From contig JACPIN010000002.1 in assembly GCA_016188065.1 (NCBI GenBank), positions 5,758-69,757 on the forward strand: a DNA stretch of 64,000 nucleotides. Reading direction: 5' to 3'. Of this stretch, positions 1 through 8,246 are shown one piece after another. The notes under the pieces are model-generated. The model saw only the letters and a list, made by a program, of their open reading frames with translations, had not been told where the DNA came from and did no database searches. Source of the stretch: Candidatus Woesearchaeota archaeon. GTDB lineage: Archaea > Nanobdellota > Nanobdellia > SCGC-AAA011-G17 > ARS1403. Each line of letters starts with the position of its first letter. Position 1 is the first letter of the stretch. The position numbers were made by a program, and so were the translations under genes.

Positions 1-563
1 AGATTTCCTTTATCTACTTTAATTGATTTCCACTCTAAAAACTCTTCAAACATCAATGGCTGAAGAAGAAAATCAAAAATTCTTCCAGCTAGGCTCTCCT
101 TTGCCTTCTTATCAATTTGTACAGAAGCAGATCCAGAAATTATAAATTTCAGCTTTGGATACAGGTCGTAAAGAATCTTAATTTTATTCTGCCAGTTTTT
201 GCACTTCTGTATTTCATCTAGAAAAATATAAATCCTGCCTTCTTTAATCCTTTCCCTTAATCCTTGTTTTAGCACCTTGTCTTCATAGATCTTTATTAGA
301 TTATCAAAGTCAACAATATCTTCGTCAAAAGAGAAATATATGATATTCCTGCTATCAGTTTTTTTATCAAGCAATTCCTGGATAAGCTGGTACATTAGTG
401 TTGTTTTACCGACTCTTCTAAGACCCGTTATCAAAATAATCTGCCTTCTATCTAAATATCTAAGAATGTCAAAGAACAATGGCCTCTTATATTTCTCTAA
501 CAAGCTTTCCTTAACTTTTTTTGTTATCCACCATTCATTAAATTTAGTTAGTTTATCTTCCAT
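1..563 (-). CDS. AAA_14/DUF4143-type ATPase (3' part runs off the window)
   Basis: Manual translation from CAT at 561-563: MEDKLTKFNEWW...IILITGLRRVGKTTLMYQLI (Walker A)...IYFSFDE; later IFLDEIQK and TGSAS motifs. Confidence 0.85.
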   Translation of the reverse strand, partial: MEDKLTKFNEWWITKKVKESLLEKYKRPLFFDILRYLDRRQIILITGLRRVGKTTLMYQLIQELLDKKTDSRNIIYFSFDEDIVDFDNLIKIYEDKVLKQGLRERIKEGRIYIFLDEIQKCKNWQNKIKILYDLYPKLKFIISGSASVQIDKKAKESLAGRIFDFLLQPLMFEEFLEWKSIKVDKGN

Positions 564-775
564 TATTAGTACATTATACTACACTAATATTTAAGTTTTT
601 CGATGATTCTAATACACTAATCCCATCACAAATTAATTACCACAAATAGAAAGAAAAAATAGTTACTTCCACATATTAAAAAATATTAATTATATTTAAG
701 TAGTAACAAAACAAAAGATTTATATATAACTTCTATCTACTAAAAAGTAATAAAATACATAGAAATAACACAAAA

Positions 776-925
776 ATGTTAAAAACTTTTACAATCACAA
801 AGAGGATAGCGAAACACGGAAAACAGTCCGTTATAGTTATACCCAGTTTCTTGCAGTCTGAATTGAAGCCAAAAACCATTGTGGAAATAAAGATTAATGT
901 TATTAAGGAGAGCGAAGATGTTTAA
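776..925 (+). CDS. small AbrB/DUF2080-like DNA-binding protein (49 aa), first gene of the MoxR-DGR operon
   Basis: Not in ORF track; MLKTFTITKRIAKHGKQSVIVIPSFLQSELKPKTIVEIKINVIKESEDV has the AbrB swapped-hairpin pattern; overlaps the MoxR start. Confidence 0.65.
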   Translation: MLKTFTITKRIAKHGKQSVIVIPSFLQSELKPKTIVEIKINVIKESEDV

Positions 926-2126
926 AGCAAAAACTTACAAAAACAGCGCAGAATTAGCTAATCTGTCAGGCGTTCCTATTTACATGTCTGACATGGTAGA
1001 TGCTTCTTTAAGGGGGAGATTAAATACTTTCTTGCAGGGAAATACCGGTAGTGGTAAAACCCAGTTAGTCAGGGATGTTATGCAATATTTCGGAGACAAA
1101 TCCCTATTCATCCTTGGAAGAAACGATATGGATACAAGAGAATTATTCCAGCAGGTAAATCCAGAGTTTTTAAAAGCTTTAAAAGAACAAAGGGACATTT
1201 CTGGCATGAGGTTCAAGGAGTTAACAGACAAAGTAAACTATCATTTCATAGCAGTAGATGAACTGCCAAACTGTGTTCCTGCAGTAAGGGCGCAATTATT
1301 TAATCTATTCGATGGCTTTATAGAAATCGACGGAAAAGCTTACCCTATTGGCTCAGGATATTCTGTAGGAATGGCAACAGGTAATATTGGCCAGCAATTC
1401 ACAGAGTCTTCAAACGAATTAGGAAGGGCATTGAAAGACAGGATGCATTTAATTATTGACACAGATTACTACAGGCCGCAGCCAATAGATACTTTAGACA
1501 TGCTAGAGGCTGACAGAAATCCAAGAGTTAACTTTGGTGAAAAACATGAAGATAAAACAAAAGAAATCATAGAATCTCATAAAAATTTAAGGAAAAGAGA
1601 AATTTCAGATGAAAAATATATTCTTGCTAATTATTTAATTCATGGATTGGATTACCTGCCAGATGAATTCGGCGGAAGCAAGACAGCTTTAAAATCTGGC
1701 TGGCCAAATAAATTAGAAGGGCATGCATTGGGCTCTGATGAGGCCTTAATACTGCCTGTCTCACCAAGAGCAGCTAAATCAATAATAACACTAAGCCAGG
1801 CTTTAGATTCTATAGTAGAGGAAAAGGGAGCAGAGCCTGATCATTTCAATTCAATGATGACTGCATTCAAGTTTGCTTCAGCATATTCGGGGATATTGAA
1901 TCAGGCTATAGTAATGCAAAATTATGATGAAAATCCTTACAAAGCAATGGATGCCGTTATAGAGACAACTAAGACTCAATTTAAACAGCAAGAAGATAAA
2001 ATAATTGCCGGATTAGACATGGCAGGAAGAGGAAAGAAAAGTGAAAGATTATTAAATGAATTCCAAGGAAGATGGGGATTCATGAGAAATATTTTGGAAA
2101 GCTTAGCTGACAGGCAAAAGAGGTAA
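918..2126 (+). CDS. MoxR/RavA-family AAA+ ATPase
   Basis: Walker A GNTGSGKT, Walker B IAVDELPN, ATGN sensor, RALKDRM arginine finger, SPRAA sensor II; AGGAG before ATG 918. Confidence 0.85.
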   Translation: MFKAKTYKNSAELANLSGVPIYMSDMVDASLRGRLNTFLQGNTGSGKTQLVRDVMQYFGDKSLFILGRNDMDTRELFQQVNPEFLKALKEQRDISGMRFKELTDKVNYHFIAVDELPNCVPAVRAQLFNLFDGFIEIDGKAYPIGSGYSVGMATGNIGQQFTESSNELGRALKDRMHLIIDTDYYRPQPIDTLDMLEADRNPRVNFGEKHEDKTKEIIESHKNLRKREISDEKYILANYLIHGLDYLPDEFGGSKTALKSGWPNKLEGHALGSDEALILPVSPRAAKSIITLSQALDSIVEEKGAEPDHFNSMMTAFKFASAYSGILNQAIVMQNYDENPYKAMDAVIETTKTQFKQQEDKIIAGLDMAGRGKKSERLLNEFQGRWGFMRNILESLADRQKR

Positions 2127-2133
2127 AATTAAA

Positions 2134-2943
2134 ATGAAATTCAACACTTATTTCGGAAAGCCAATTAAGGGTGCATATGAAGATTACATAGAGAGAGCTA
2201 AAAATACAAGAGAGGAAAATAACAGAGAAGCCATTGGAACTACTGGAATAAATTCAACTCTCGAGAATCCAAGAGATTATATCCAAATCCCGGGAATTAA
2301 TGGGATTCATAGAAACCCTATAGCCATATCAAAATTTGAAGTTCAAGGAATGAATGGAAAAAATTATGAAGACACCCACAGAGCTGTTTTCCAATTAGAA
2401 AAAGGGCTTTACATTCCAACCCCCGCAATATTCATGCAGCATTTCAAGAACATTATAGATACTTATCAAAATAATCAAACGATTTTTGACGCATCAGGAA
2501 ACCCAATAAGTAAAGAAGAGCATGAAGAAATTTACAGACATTTGACAACTGACTTTAAGGATATATATGGAAATAATCAACCAGGTGCGTGGACATGGCT
2601 TAATGCAGGATTTGTTCAAGGAACCGGCTTTAATAATTTGGACTTGGAAACAATAATTGGTATTAATGCAGATGGAACTTTTAAAACAAGAAAAGAGCCT
2701 TTATTGCCTTGTTTAAATAAAGATGCTTATGCTGAAATAATGTTTAATGCTCAAGGGATAGCAACAACAAAAACTAGAAAGCAGGAATATAAACGCGGTG
2801 AGAATATTTATTTTTATAACCCTGTAAAGGGTGCTGTCGCGGGGTTCAGGTCGAATTCCGGCAGGGCTGACCTGGGTTGCGGCAGGAATCCTGCCGGCTC
2901 GAATTCCTCGCTCGGGGTACGCGCCGCGCGCGATAAGGTATAG
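2134..2943 (+). CDS. DGR target protein 1 (C-terminal VR; CLec/FGE-like fold inferred)
   Basis: 3' end matches TR except at adenines; ends SLGVRAA; N-terminus MKFNTYFGKPIKGAYEDYIER. Confidence 0.9.
   Translation: MKFNTYFGKPIKGAYEDYIERAKNTREENNREAIGTTGINSTLENPRDYIQIPGINGIHRNPIAISKFEVQGMNGKNYEDTHRAVFQLEKGLYIPTPAIFMQHFKNIIDTYQNNQTIFDASGNPISKEEHEEIYRHLTTDFKDIYGNNQPGAWTWLNAGFVQGTGFNNLDLETIIGINADGTFKTRKEPLLPCLNKDAYAEIMFNAQGIATTKTRKQEYKRGENIYFYNPVKGAVAGFRSNSGRADLGCGRNPAGSNSSLGVRAARDKV
2833..2919 (+). repeat. DGR variable repeat VR1
   Basis: 87 nt colinear with TR minus insert; 12 mismatches, all at TR adenines (11 A>G, 1 A>C). Confidence 0.95.
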
Positions 2944-2945
2944 AA

Positions 2946-4646
2946 ATGACTTTGATTCAAGACTTAAACAGGGAAAAAAATAGGATTGGATTAGTCAGTG
3001 GCAATTTGAAAATTAATGAATATGATGATGCAGAGCAAAATGTCTCTGCTCATATAAATCCTAAAAATTGGAACATTGAAATTACAATGAAAAAAAATTT
3101 TAATCCAATAAATGATAGAAGGCAGAAAGCTTATGCAAGAAAAAAGAAAATAGAAGATGGAAGAAAAAAGCTGTTAGAGGATGTTTTAGCTCATGAATTA
3201 GCACATTGGGAGCTTCCTTTCAGTTCAGGATATGGATGCCCGTTTGATCCCTATAATCATGATAAAATTACAGAAGCAGTTAAAGAAGCCTTGCCAGAAG
3301 ATAAGAAAGCTCAGGCAGGATATGTAGCAAATGCATTTGAAGATTTGATTATAAATCCCCGCTGCAGAGAATTCAAAGGAGACTTTTCAGGCCAGGTTTT
3401 ATTCTGGGATGACCAGGGCTTCCAATGCAGAAAACAAGGGCGTGAATCTTACACGCCTTTTTACGAAGCATTTGTAAAATTAAACATGCATCTGTTTGGA
3501 GATAACTCAGACAAGGCATTATTAAAAAGGCATTACAGCAATGACAAAAAAGTAGAAAAAGCAACTAAAAAAACAATACAGGATTTAAGCTTGCAGGAAA
3601 ATATTCAAGATACTTATCCTTTGTTTGCAAAAGGCCAATGGCCAAATATGGCTTCAGCATTTGCAAAAAATTTGGCCGATTTATTGGAAACAAAACCAAC
3701 AGAAAAGCTTTCAGCTCATTCTGACAATGGAAACGGAGTGGAGCAAAAAGCAGCAACAAGGGAAGGAAAAGAAGAAATTGCTTATGGAAGATATAAGGGC
3801 AATGGTGGGCTGTCGCCAAATATGGCCCCCCACGAGCAGTTAGATTCTTTATACAGAAAATTAGCAAGGGCCATTCCAGTTAAAGTAGAGGCAATTACCA
3901 GAGAGCAGGATTTAGCTATTGCCCCTTTAAATTTCAGGCCTTTTGATGAAGAAAAGGATGACATAAGAAAAATAAAGCCAACAAAATTATTTTTCACAGA
4001 TAATGGAATTACATTTGGCTATGGAAACCAGCAATTATCTGTAACTCAAAAATCAAAAATCCAGAAAAGAAGTTTCCCTAATTTCAAGATGGTGGTTTTA
4101 GATAACTCTGGAAGCATGGCAGAGGGAATCGATGGAAACAGGGGAGACACTTCTTTTATTCCTTGGGGGGATAACAGCAAATACCACTATGCTTTATTAG
4201 GATTTTACGGCATTGAAAATTTCTTGCAATTACAGGGGATAGCTCAATACATCGGTCATGGATTAAGCTTATTTTCTTCAAGCACAAGATATCAGGAATC
4301 TGACTTTAAGGACTTACAGAGATTAAGAAAATTAGCACTATCACCGGAGTTTGGAAGCACTAGATTGGACGCAGGAGCTTTATTAAATGCATTAAAAGGA
4401 AGGGAAAGCTTTGTTTTATCCTTGTCAGACGGAGAAATAGCTAACTGGGATAAAGCAAAAGATGAATTTTACAGATTAGCAGGAAATAACTACTTTGCCC
4501 ATATCCAGATAGGAGGCAAGAACGAATTTACAGAAAATTTAGAGTCCAAGAAATTTCCAGTGCTTTATGTATCTTCAGGAGATGAGCTTTCAAGGTTAAT
4601 GGTCAATGTAGCAAACGACACTTATAGGAGATTTACAAGAGAATGA
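2946..4646 (+). CDS. HExxH metallopeptidase-like N-terminal domain fused to a C-terminal vWA domain
   Basis: AHELAHWE then NAFEDLIIN; MIDAS-like VVLDNSGSM, GST and LSDGE. Confidence 0.8.
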   Translation: MTLIQDLNREKNRIGLVSGNLKINEYDDAEQNVSAHINPKNWNIEITMKKNFNPINDRRQKAYARKKKIEDGRKKLLEDVLAHELAHWELPFSSGYGCPFDPYNHDKITEAVKEALPEDKKAQAGYVANAFEDLIINPRCREFKGDFSGQVLFWDDQGFQCRKQGRESYTPFYEAFVKLNMHLFGDNSDKALLKRHYSNDKKVEKATKKTIQDLSLQENIQDTYPLFAKGQWPNMASAFAKNLADLLETKPTEKLSAHSDNGNGVEQKAATREGKEEIAYGRYKGNGGLSPNMAPHEQLDSLYRKLARAIPVKVEAITREQDLAIAPLNFRPFDEEKDDIRKIKPTKLFFTDNGITFGYGNQQLSVTQKSKIQKRSFPNFKMVVLDNSGSMAEGIDGNRGDTSFIPWGDNSKYHYALLGFYGIENFLQLQGIAQYIGHGLSLFSSSTRYQESDFKDLQRLRKLALSPEFGSTRLDAGALLNALKGRESFVLSLSDGEIANWDKAKDEFYRLAGNNYFAHIQIGGKNEFTENLESKKFPVLYVSSGDELSRLMVNVANDTYRRFTRE

Positions 4647-5404
4647 AATTCAACACTTATTTCGGGAAGAAAGTAGAAGGAGCATATGAGGCTTACTTAG
4701 AGAGAACTAAGCAGGAAAAAGAAGATCCTGAACTCAAAACATCTCAAATATTTGATGTTAGGGCAGATATTAAAGGAGAGGATTATATTAGAATCCCGAA
4801 TACAAATATTATAATAGCAAGGCAGGAGCAATATAAAAATAAGGATTGGGCAGACACACATTATGCTTTAGCAGAAAATGGATTGTTCATGCCCTCTCCT
4901 AAAATATTCATGCCTTATTTTGTACAGGTTAGGGATGCTGTTCAAGGAAAAATTAAATTATATACAGCAGATAATAGAGAAGTTCCAAGAGATGAAGCAG
5001 AAGAGCTGTGGAAATACCTCTCAACAAGCCATAAAGGCGGTTGCTGGACTTGGCTTGACGCTAAATTTTCTCAAGAAAATAACGCTTGGAAGATGACACA
5101 TACTCATAAAGTAATTCAGAAAGGAAAAGAATTGAAAGGAAAAGCCGAAACACTTGAAAGCTGCATAAGAGAAGACGGTTTTGTAGGCTTGGATTTCAAT
5201 TCACAAGGATTGCCAATTAAAAAATCTTCTTTAAGCAAATACAAGCAAGGAGAGAATATTCAGTATTGGCATCCAAGAAACGGCACTGTCGCGAGGTTCG
5301 ATGCCGAATCGGGTAGGGTCGGCCTCAGTTGCTTCTGGAATCCGCGGTACTCGAATCCTGCCCTCGGGGTATTTTCATGCGCCGAAGGCGCGCAAAAAAA
5401 TTAA
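4643..5404 (+). CDS. DGR target-family protein 2
   Basis: Paralogue of targets 1 and 3 (WTWLDAKF, QGLP, YWHP, LGVF); VR-like GC-rich 3' end. Confidence 0.85.
   Translation: MKFNTYFGKKVEGAYEAYLERTKQEKEDPELKTSQIFDVRADIKGEDYIRIPNTNIIIARQEQYKNKDWADTHYALAENGLFMPSPKIFMPYFVQVRDAVQGKIKLYTADNREVPRDEAEELWKYLSTSHKGGCWTWLDAKFSQENNAWKMTHTHKVIQKGKELKGKAETLESCIREDGFVGLDFNSQGLPIKKSSLSKYKQGENIQYWHPRNGTVARFDAESGRVGLSCFWNPRYSNPALGVFSCAEGAQKN
5288..5371 (+). repeat. variable-repeat-like region VR2, not cognate to the local TR
   Basis: Colinear with TR but ~17 mismatches at non-A positions; followed by GCGCC-GAA-GGCGC hairpin at 5379-5391. Confidence 0.75.
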
Positions 5405-5405
5405 G

Positions 5406-6158
5406 ATGAAATTCAACACTTATTTCGGGAAGAAAGTAGAAGGAGCATATGAGAAATATCTGGAGGAGTCTAAAACTGCCGAAAATCATACAGAGTTAAT
5501 AGAAAAACCGATTACAGGCAAGATTCAAAACGGAAATGAATATTTAATTTTGCCAGGAAGAAAACATGGAAGCTATGAATATCCTGATTTGTTAGTTTCA
5601 GCAAAAAGAAGTCATAATGGAGAAAAATGGAATCAAGCGCACGAATCTTTAAAGCAGGAAAATTCTTTTATGCTGACTTTAAGGCAGTATGTTGACTTCC
5701 TTAATTTATTAAAATCAGGAAAAGCATATGATGGAAATGGAAAAGGCATAGATAAAACAAGGCTAGATGGTATTTTAGATGACATAGCAACTGTAAGGTC
5801 TCCTTGGAGGGCTGAATGGCTTGACGCTAAATTCAGCTCAAAAGGAATTGTGAAAAAAAGTTACAGTATTGCCTATCACAAGATAACTCTAAATGGAGAT
5901 TTAGAGGAAGTAACAGAGCCTTTAGATGACTGCTTATTAAGTGATAAACAGATTAATCTCGAAGATTGGTTAAGAAAAGCAACTCCTCATGGTCTTCCAG
6001 CTCCAGATACGAGCAATGGAAGTTTGTATTATTGGCCACCTGCAAACAGAAAAGTCGCGAGGTTCTGGTCGTATTCCGGCTGGGCTGGCCTGGTTTGCGG
6101 CAGGGATCCTGGCGGCTCGGATTCCTCGCTCGGGGTACGCGCCGCGAAAATTAGGTAG
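5406..6158 (+). CDS. DGR target protein 3
   Basis: Start moved to ATG 5406 (MKFNTYFGKKVEGAYEKYLEE, matching its paralogues); C-terminal VR3. Confidence 0.9.
   Translation: MKFNTYFGKKVEGAYEKYLEESKTAENHTELIEKPITGKIQNGNEYLILPGRKHGSYEYPDLLVSAKRSHNGEKWNQAHESLKQENSFMLTLRQYVDFLNLLKSGKAYDGNGKGIDKTRLDGILDDIATVRSPWRAEWLDAKFSSKGIVKKSYSIAYHKITLNGDLEEVTEPLDDCLLSDKQINLEDWLRKATPHGLPAPDTSNGSLYYWPPANRKVARFWSYSGWAGLVCGRDPGGSDSSLGVRAAKIR
6054..6137 (+). repeat. DGR variable repeat VR3
   Basis: 84 nt colinear with TR minus insert; 17 mismatches, all at TR adenines (13 A>G, 4 A>T). Confidence 0.95.
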
Positions 6159-6195
6159 CGAAAGATATAAAAATCTGACAGCCCATAAATAAATA

Positions 6196-6399
6196 ATGAC
6201 AAATGTAACTCTTAATCAAGTTAATGAGAACCTCCTAATATTAAAGAGAGAAGTAGATTACATCAAGGAATTATTAGAGGAATCAGATAGGGAATTTAAA
6301 CCATCAAACAGAAATATGTTTAATTTATTAATAAGTGAAAAATCATTAGCTAAAGATTGGCTTACTAAAGAGGAAGATAAAGCATGGAAAGATTTGTGA
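6196..6399 (+). CDS. putative antitoxin (DUF2281-like C-terminus)
   Basis: SEKSLAKDWLTKEEDKAWKDL tail; overlaps the downstream toxin. Confidence 0.7.
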   Translation: MTNVTLNQVNENLLILKREVDYIKELLEESDREFKPSNRNMFNLLISEKSLAKDWLTKEEDKAWKDL

Positions 6400-6716
6400 A
6401 AGGCGATGTAGTTGTCATTCCTTTCCCATTTTCTGACTTAAGTGCATCCAAGAAGAGACCTGCTTTAGTATTAGCAGGTTTAGAAGGAGATGATTTAATT
6501 CTATGTCAGATAACAAGTGAAGCAAGATTTGATAAATATTCAATTGAATTAAAAAATACTGATTTTAAACAAGGAAAGTTAAATATTAAAAGTATGATCA
6601 GACCAAACAGGTTATTTACAGCAGATAGGTCATTAATCCAGTACAAAGTTGGTTCTTTAAAAAATGAAAAATTAAAAGAAGCAGTTGATGAATTAATTAA
6701 ACTATTTAAAGAGTAA
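6384..6716 (+). CDS. mazF: PemK/MazF-family toxin
   Basis: GDVVVIPFPFSDLSASKKRPALV and CQITS motifs. Confidence 0.9.
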   Translation: MERFVKGDVVVIPFPFSDLSASKKRPALVLAGLEGDDLILCQITSEARFDKYSIELKNTDFKQGKLNIKSMIRPNRLFTADRSLIQYKVGSLKNEKLKEAVDELIKLFKE

Positions 6717-6795
6717 TATTTTCCATTAACATCTAGCCTTGCGAAAATTATTAAAATAATCACTTATTTCTAATCTTGTCCTAGAGATTATTTTG

Positions 6796-6822
6796 AGATT
6801 TTTCTTAATCCAAGAAAAATCT
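6796..6822 (+). terminator. perfect 11-bp hairpin between mazF and the TR leader
   Basis: AGATTTTTCTT-aatcc-AAGAAAAATCT; function inferred. Confidence 0.4.
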
Positions 6823-6937
6823 ATGAAGGATAGTAACTTGGGCTACATGCAAGTTCATTACGGCATGGACGGTTTAAGTCTATATGTCATGAAATTCAAT
6901 AGCGATAGTTAGGTGATAATTTGATGAATTTGCTACA

Positions 6938-7042
6938 GCTGTCGCGAGGTTCAGGTCGAATTCCGACAGGGCTAACCTGAATTGCAACAGGAATCCTGAC
7001 AACTCGAAATCTAGCAGAGACGAGATTTCCTCGCTCGGAATA
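6938..7042 (+). repeat. DGR template repeat (TR) containing an 18-nt insert
   Basis: AAC/AAT-rich copy of VR1/VR3 just upstream of RT; diverges from the VRs after CTCGG (IMH*-like). Confidence 0.95.
7009..7026 (+). other. predicted BHB intron within the TR
   Basis: CTCG(7003-06)/CGAG(7021-24) helix, bulges AA|A and AT|T, inner stem TCT/AGA; removal gives TCGAATTCC as in VR1. Confidence 0.8.
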
Positions 7043-7066
7043 ACCCAAGTCCCAGGACGTTTCGTA

Positions 7067-8176
7067 ATGAAAAATTACAGGAAGATATATCTAAAATTAT
7101 GCTCTATAGAGAATCTAAACTCGGCTTTCAAGAAAGCAAGAGAAGATAAAGCAAGTTTGCCTTATGTGATTAAGTTTGAGAAAAATTTAGTAGAAGAGTT
7201 AAAGAAACTTCAGAAAGAATTGTCTTCAAAGACATACAAGTCATTTCCATTAAAAAGATTCATAATAAGGGATCCAAAGACAAGGACAATTCACGCATCT
7301 GCTTTCAGAGACAGGGTTGTTTATCATGCTTTAGTCAATATTTTAGAGCCGATTTTTGATCCAATCTTTATTCATGATTCATACGCATCTAGAAAGGGAA
7401 AAGGAACTTTGAAAGCGGTCCAGAGATTTGATCATTTCAAGAGAAAAATAAGCAAGAATGGAAGATTAGCAAAAAATGCCTACAATAAAAGCAGTGTTGT
7501 TGGTTATGTTTTAAAAGCAGATATTAAGCATTACTTTGATACAGTAGATCACGAAAGATTATTGAGAATAGTTGAAAGTAAAATAAAAGATGAAAATGTA
7601 ATGTGGCTAATAAAGCAGGTTTTAGTCAATTTTGATTCTCCCATTAAAGGAAAAGGAATGCCCTTAGGAAATTTAACTTCTCAATTCTTTGCGAATGTTT
7701 ATTTGAATGAACTAGACCAGTTTGTAAAGCACAAATTAAAAGCAAAATATTACATAAGATACGTGGATGATTTTGTAATATTACATAATGATAAAGGAAA
7801 ATTATTAGAATATAAAGATAAAATCGGCAAATATTTAATGTATTTAAAATTAGGATTGCACCCAACCAAGTCAAATATCATTCCTTTAAGAAACGGAATT
7901 GCTTTTTTAGGTTACAGGATATTTTATCATCACAAACTATTAAGAAAAAGCAATATAGATAAGTTTGAAAGGGATTTCAATCAAAAGCTTGAGATTTACG
8001 AAGGGGGGGGGGGGCGATACTCGTATGAAAATTTGCTTGCAAGCATTGAAGGATGGTTCGGCTATGCTATGTGGGCAAATACTTACAAATTAAGAAGAGA
8101 AATTATAAAACAAATTAGAGCTTTAGAGAATAAATGCTCAAATAAAACACTACATCTCCCTAAAATCAGGGAATAA
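7067..8176 (+). CDS. DGR reverse transcriptase
   Basis: FRDRVV, LKADIKHYF, GMPLGNLTSQFFANVYL, YIRYVDDF; adjacent TR. Confidence 0.95.
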   Translation: MKNYRKIYLKLCSIENLNSAFKKAREDKASLPYVIKFEKNLVEELKKLQKELSSKTYKSFPLKRFIIRDPKTRTIHASAFRDRVVYHALVNILEPIFDPIFIHDSYASRKGKGTLKAVQRFDHFKRKISKNGRLAKNAYNKSSVVGYVLKADIKHYFDTVDHERLLRIVESKIKDENVMWLIKQVLVNFDSPIKGKGMPLGNLTSQFFANVYLNELDQFVKHKLKAKYYIRYVDDFVILHNDKGKLLEYKDKIGKYLMYLKLGLHPTKSNIIPLRNGIAFLGYRIFYHHKLLRKSNIDKFERDFNQKLEIYEGGGGRYSYENLLASIEGWFGYAMWANTYKLRREIIKQIRALENKCSNKTLHLPKIRE

Positions 8177-8214
8177 AGTCTAAAAATAGGGAATATTCCC
8201 TAAAATCAGGGAAA
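8151..8214 (+). promoter_or_regulatory. 64-bp promoter/operator with TCCCT-N6-AGGGA palindromes, copy 1
   Basis: Identical to 10611-10674; precedes TATA-like TTTATAAA and the MNT gene. Confidence 0.75.
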
Positions 8215-8246
8215 TATTTATAAACCCACATTCCGTTAAATGTAAC

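Larger units (their letters stand above)
6836..7050 (+). ncRNA. putative structured DGR template RNA
   Basis: 6836-6845 pairs with 7041-7050 (9/10); 6849-6860 pairs with 6922-6933; no ORF; encloses the TR. Confidence 0.6.
2134..8176 (+). mobile_element. diversity-generating retroelement with three target genes, TR and RT; no avd seen
   Basis: DGR-type RT next to a TR; two VRs differ from the TR only at TR adenines. Confidence 0.95.

Noticed and set aside
5301-5405. 35-aa N-terminal extension of target 3
   Set aside because: Overlaps target 2; paralogues fix the start at ATG 5406
6196-6399. Small ORF as Avd
   Set aside because: Too short, antitoxin-like tail, and coupled to mazF
6889-6912. 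ATGAAATTCAAT resembling the target N-terminal tag (MKFN)
   Set aside because: Only 11 nt match and a stop follows after seven codons; probably chance
7067-8176. RT as a group II intron, retron or CRISPR-associated RT
   Set aside because: LGNLTSQ motif and adenine-specific TR/VR pairs identify a DGR; no maturase context or cas genes
8151-8214. CCCTAAAATCAGGGAA repeats as a CRISPR array
   Set aside because: Units are too short, lack unique spacers and sit in promoter position; no CRISPR array seen in the window
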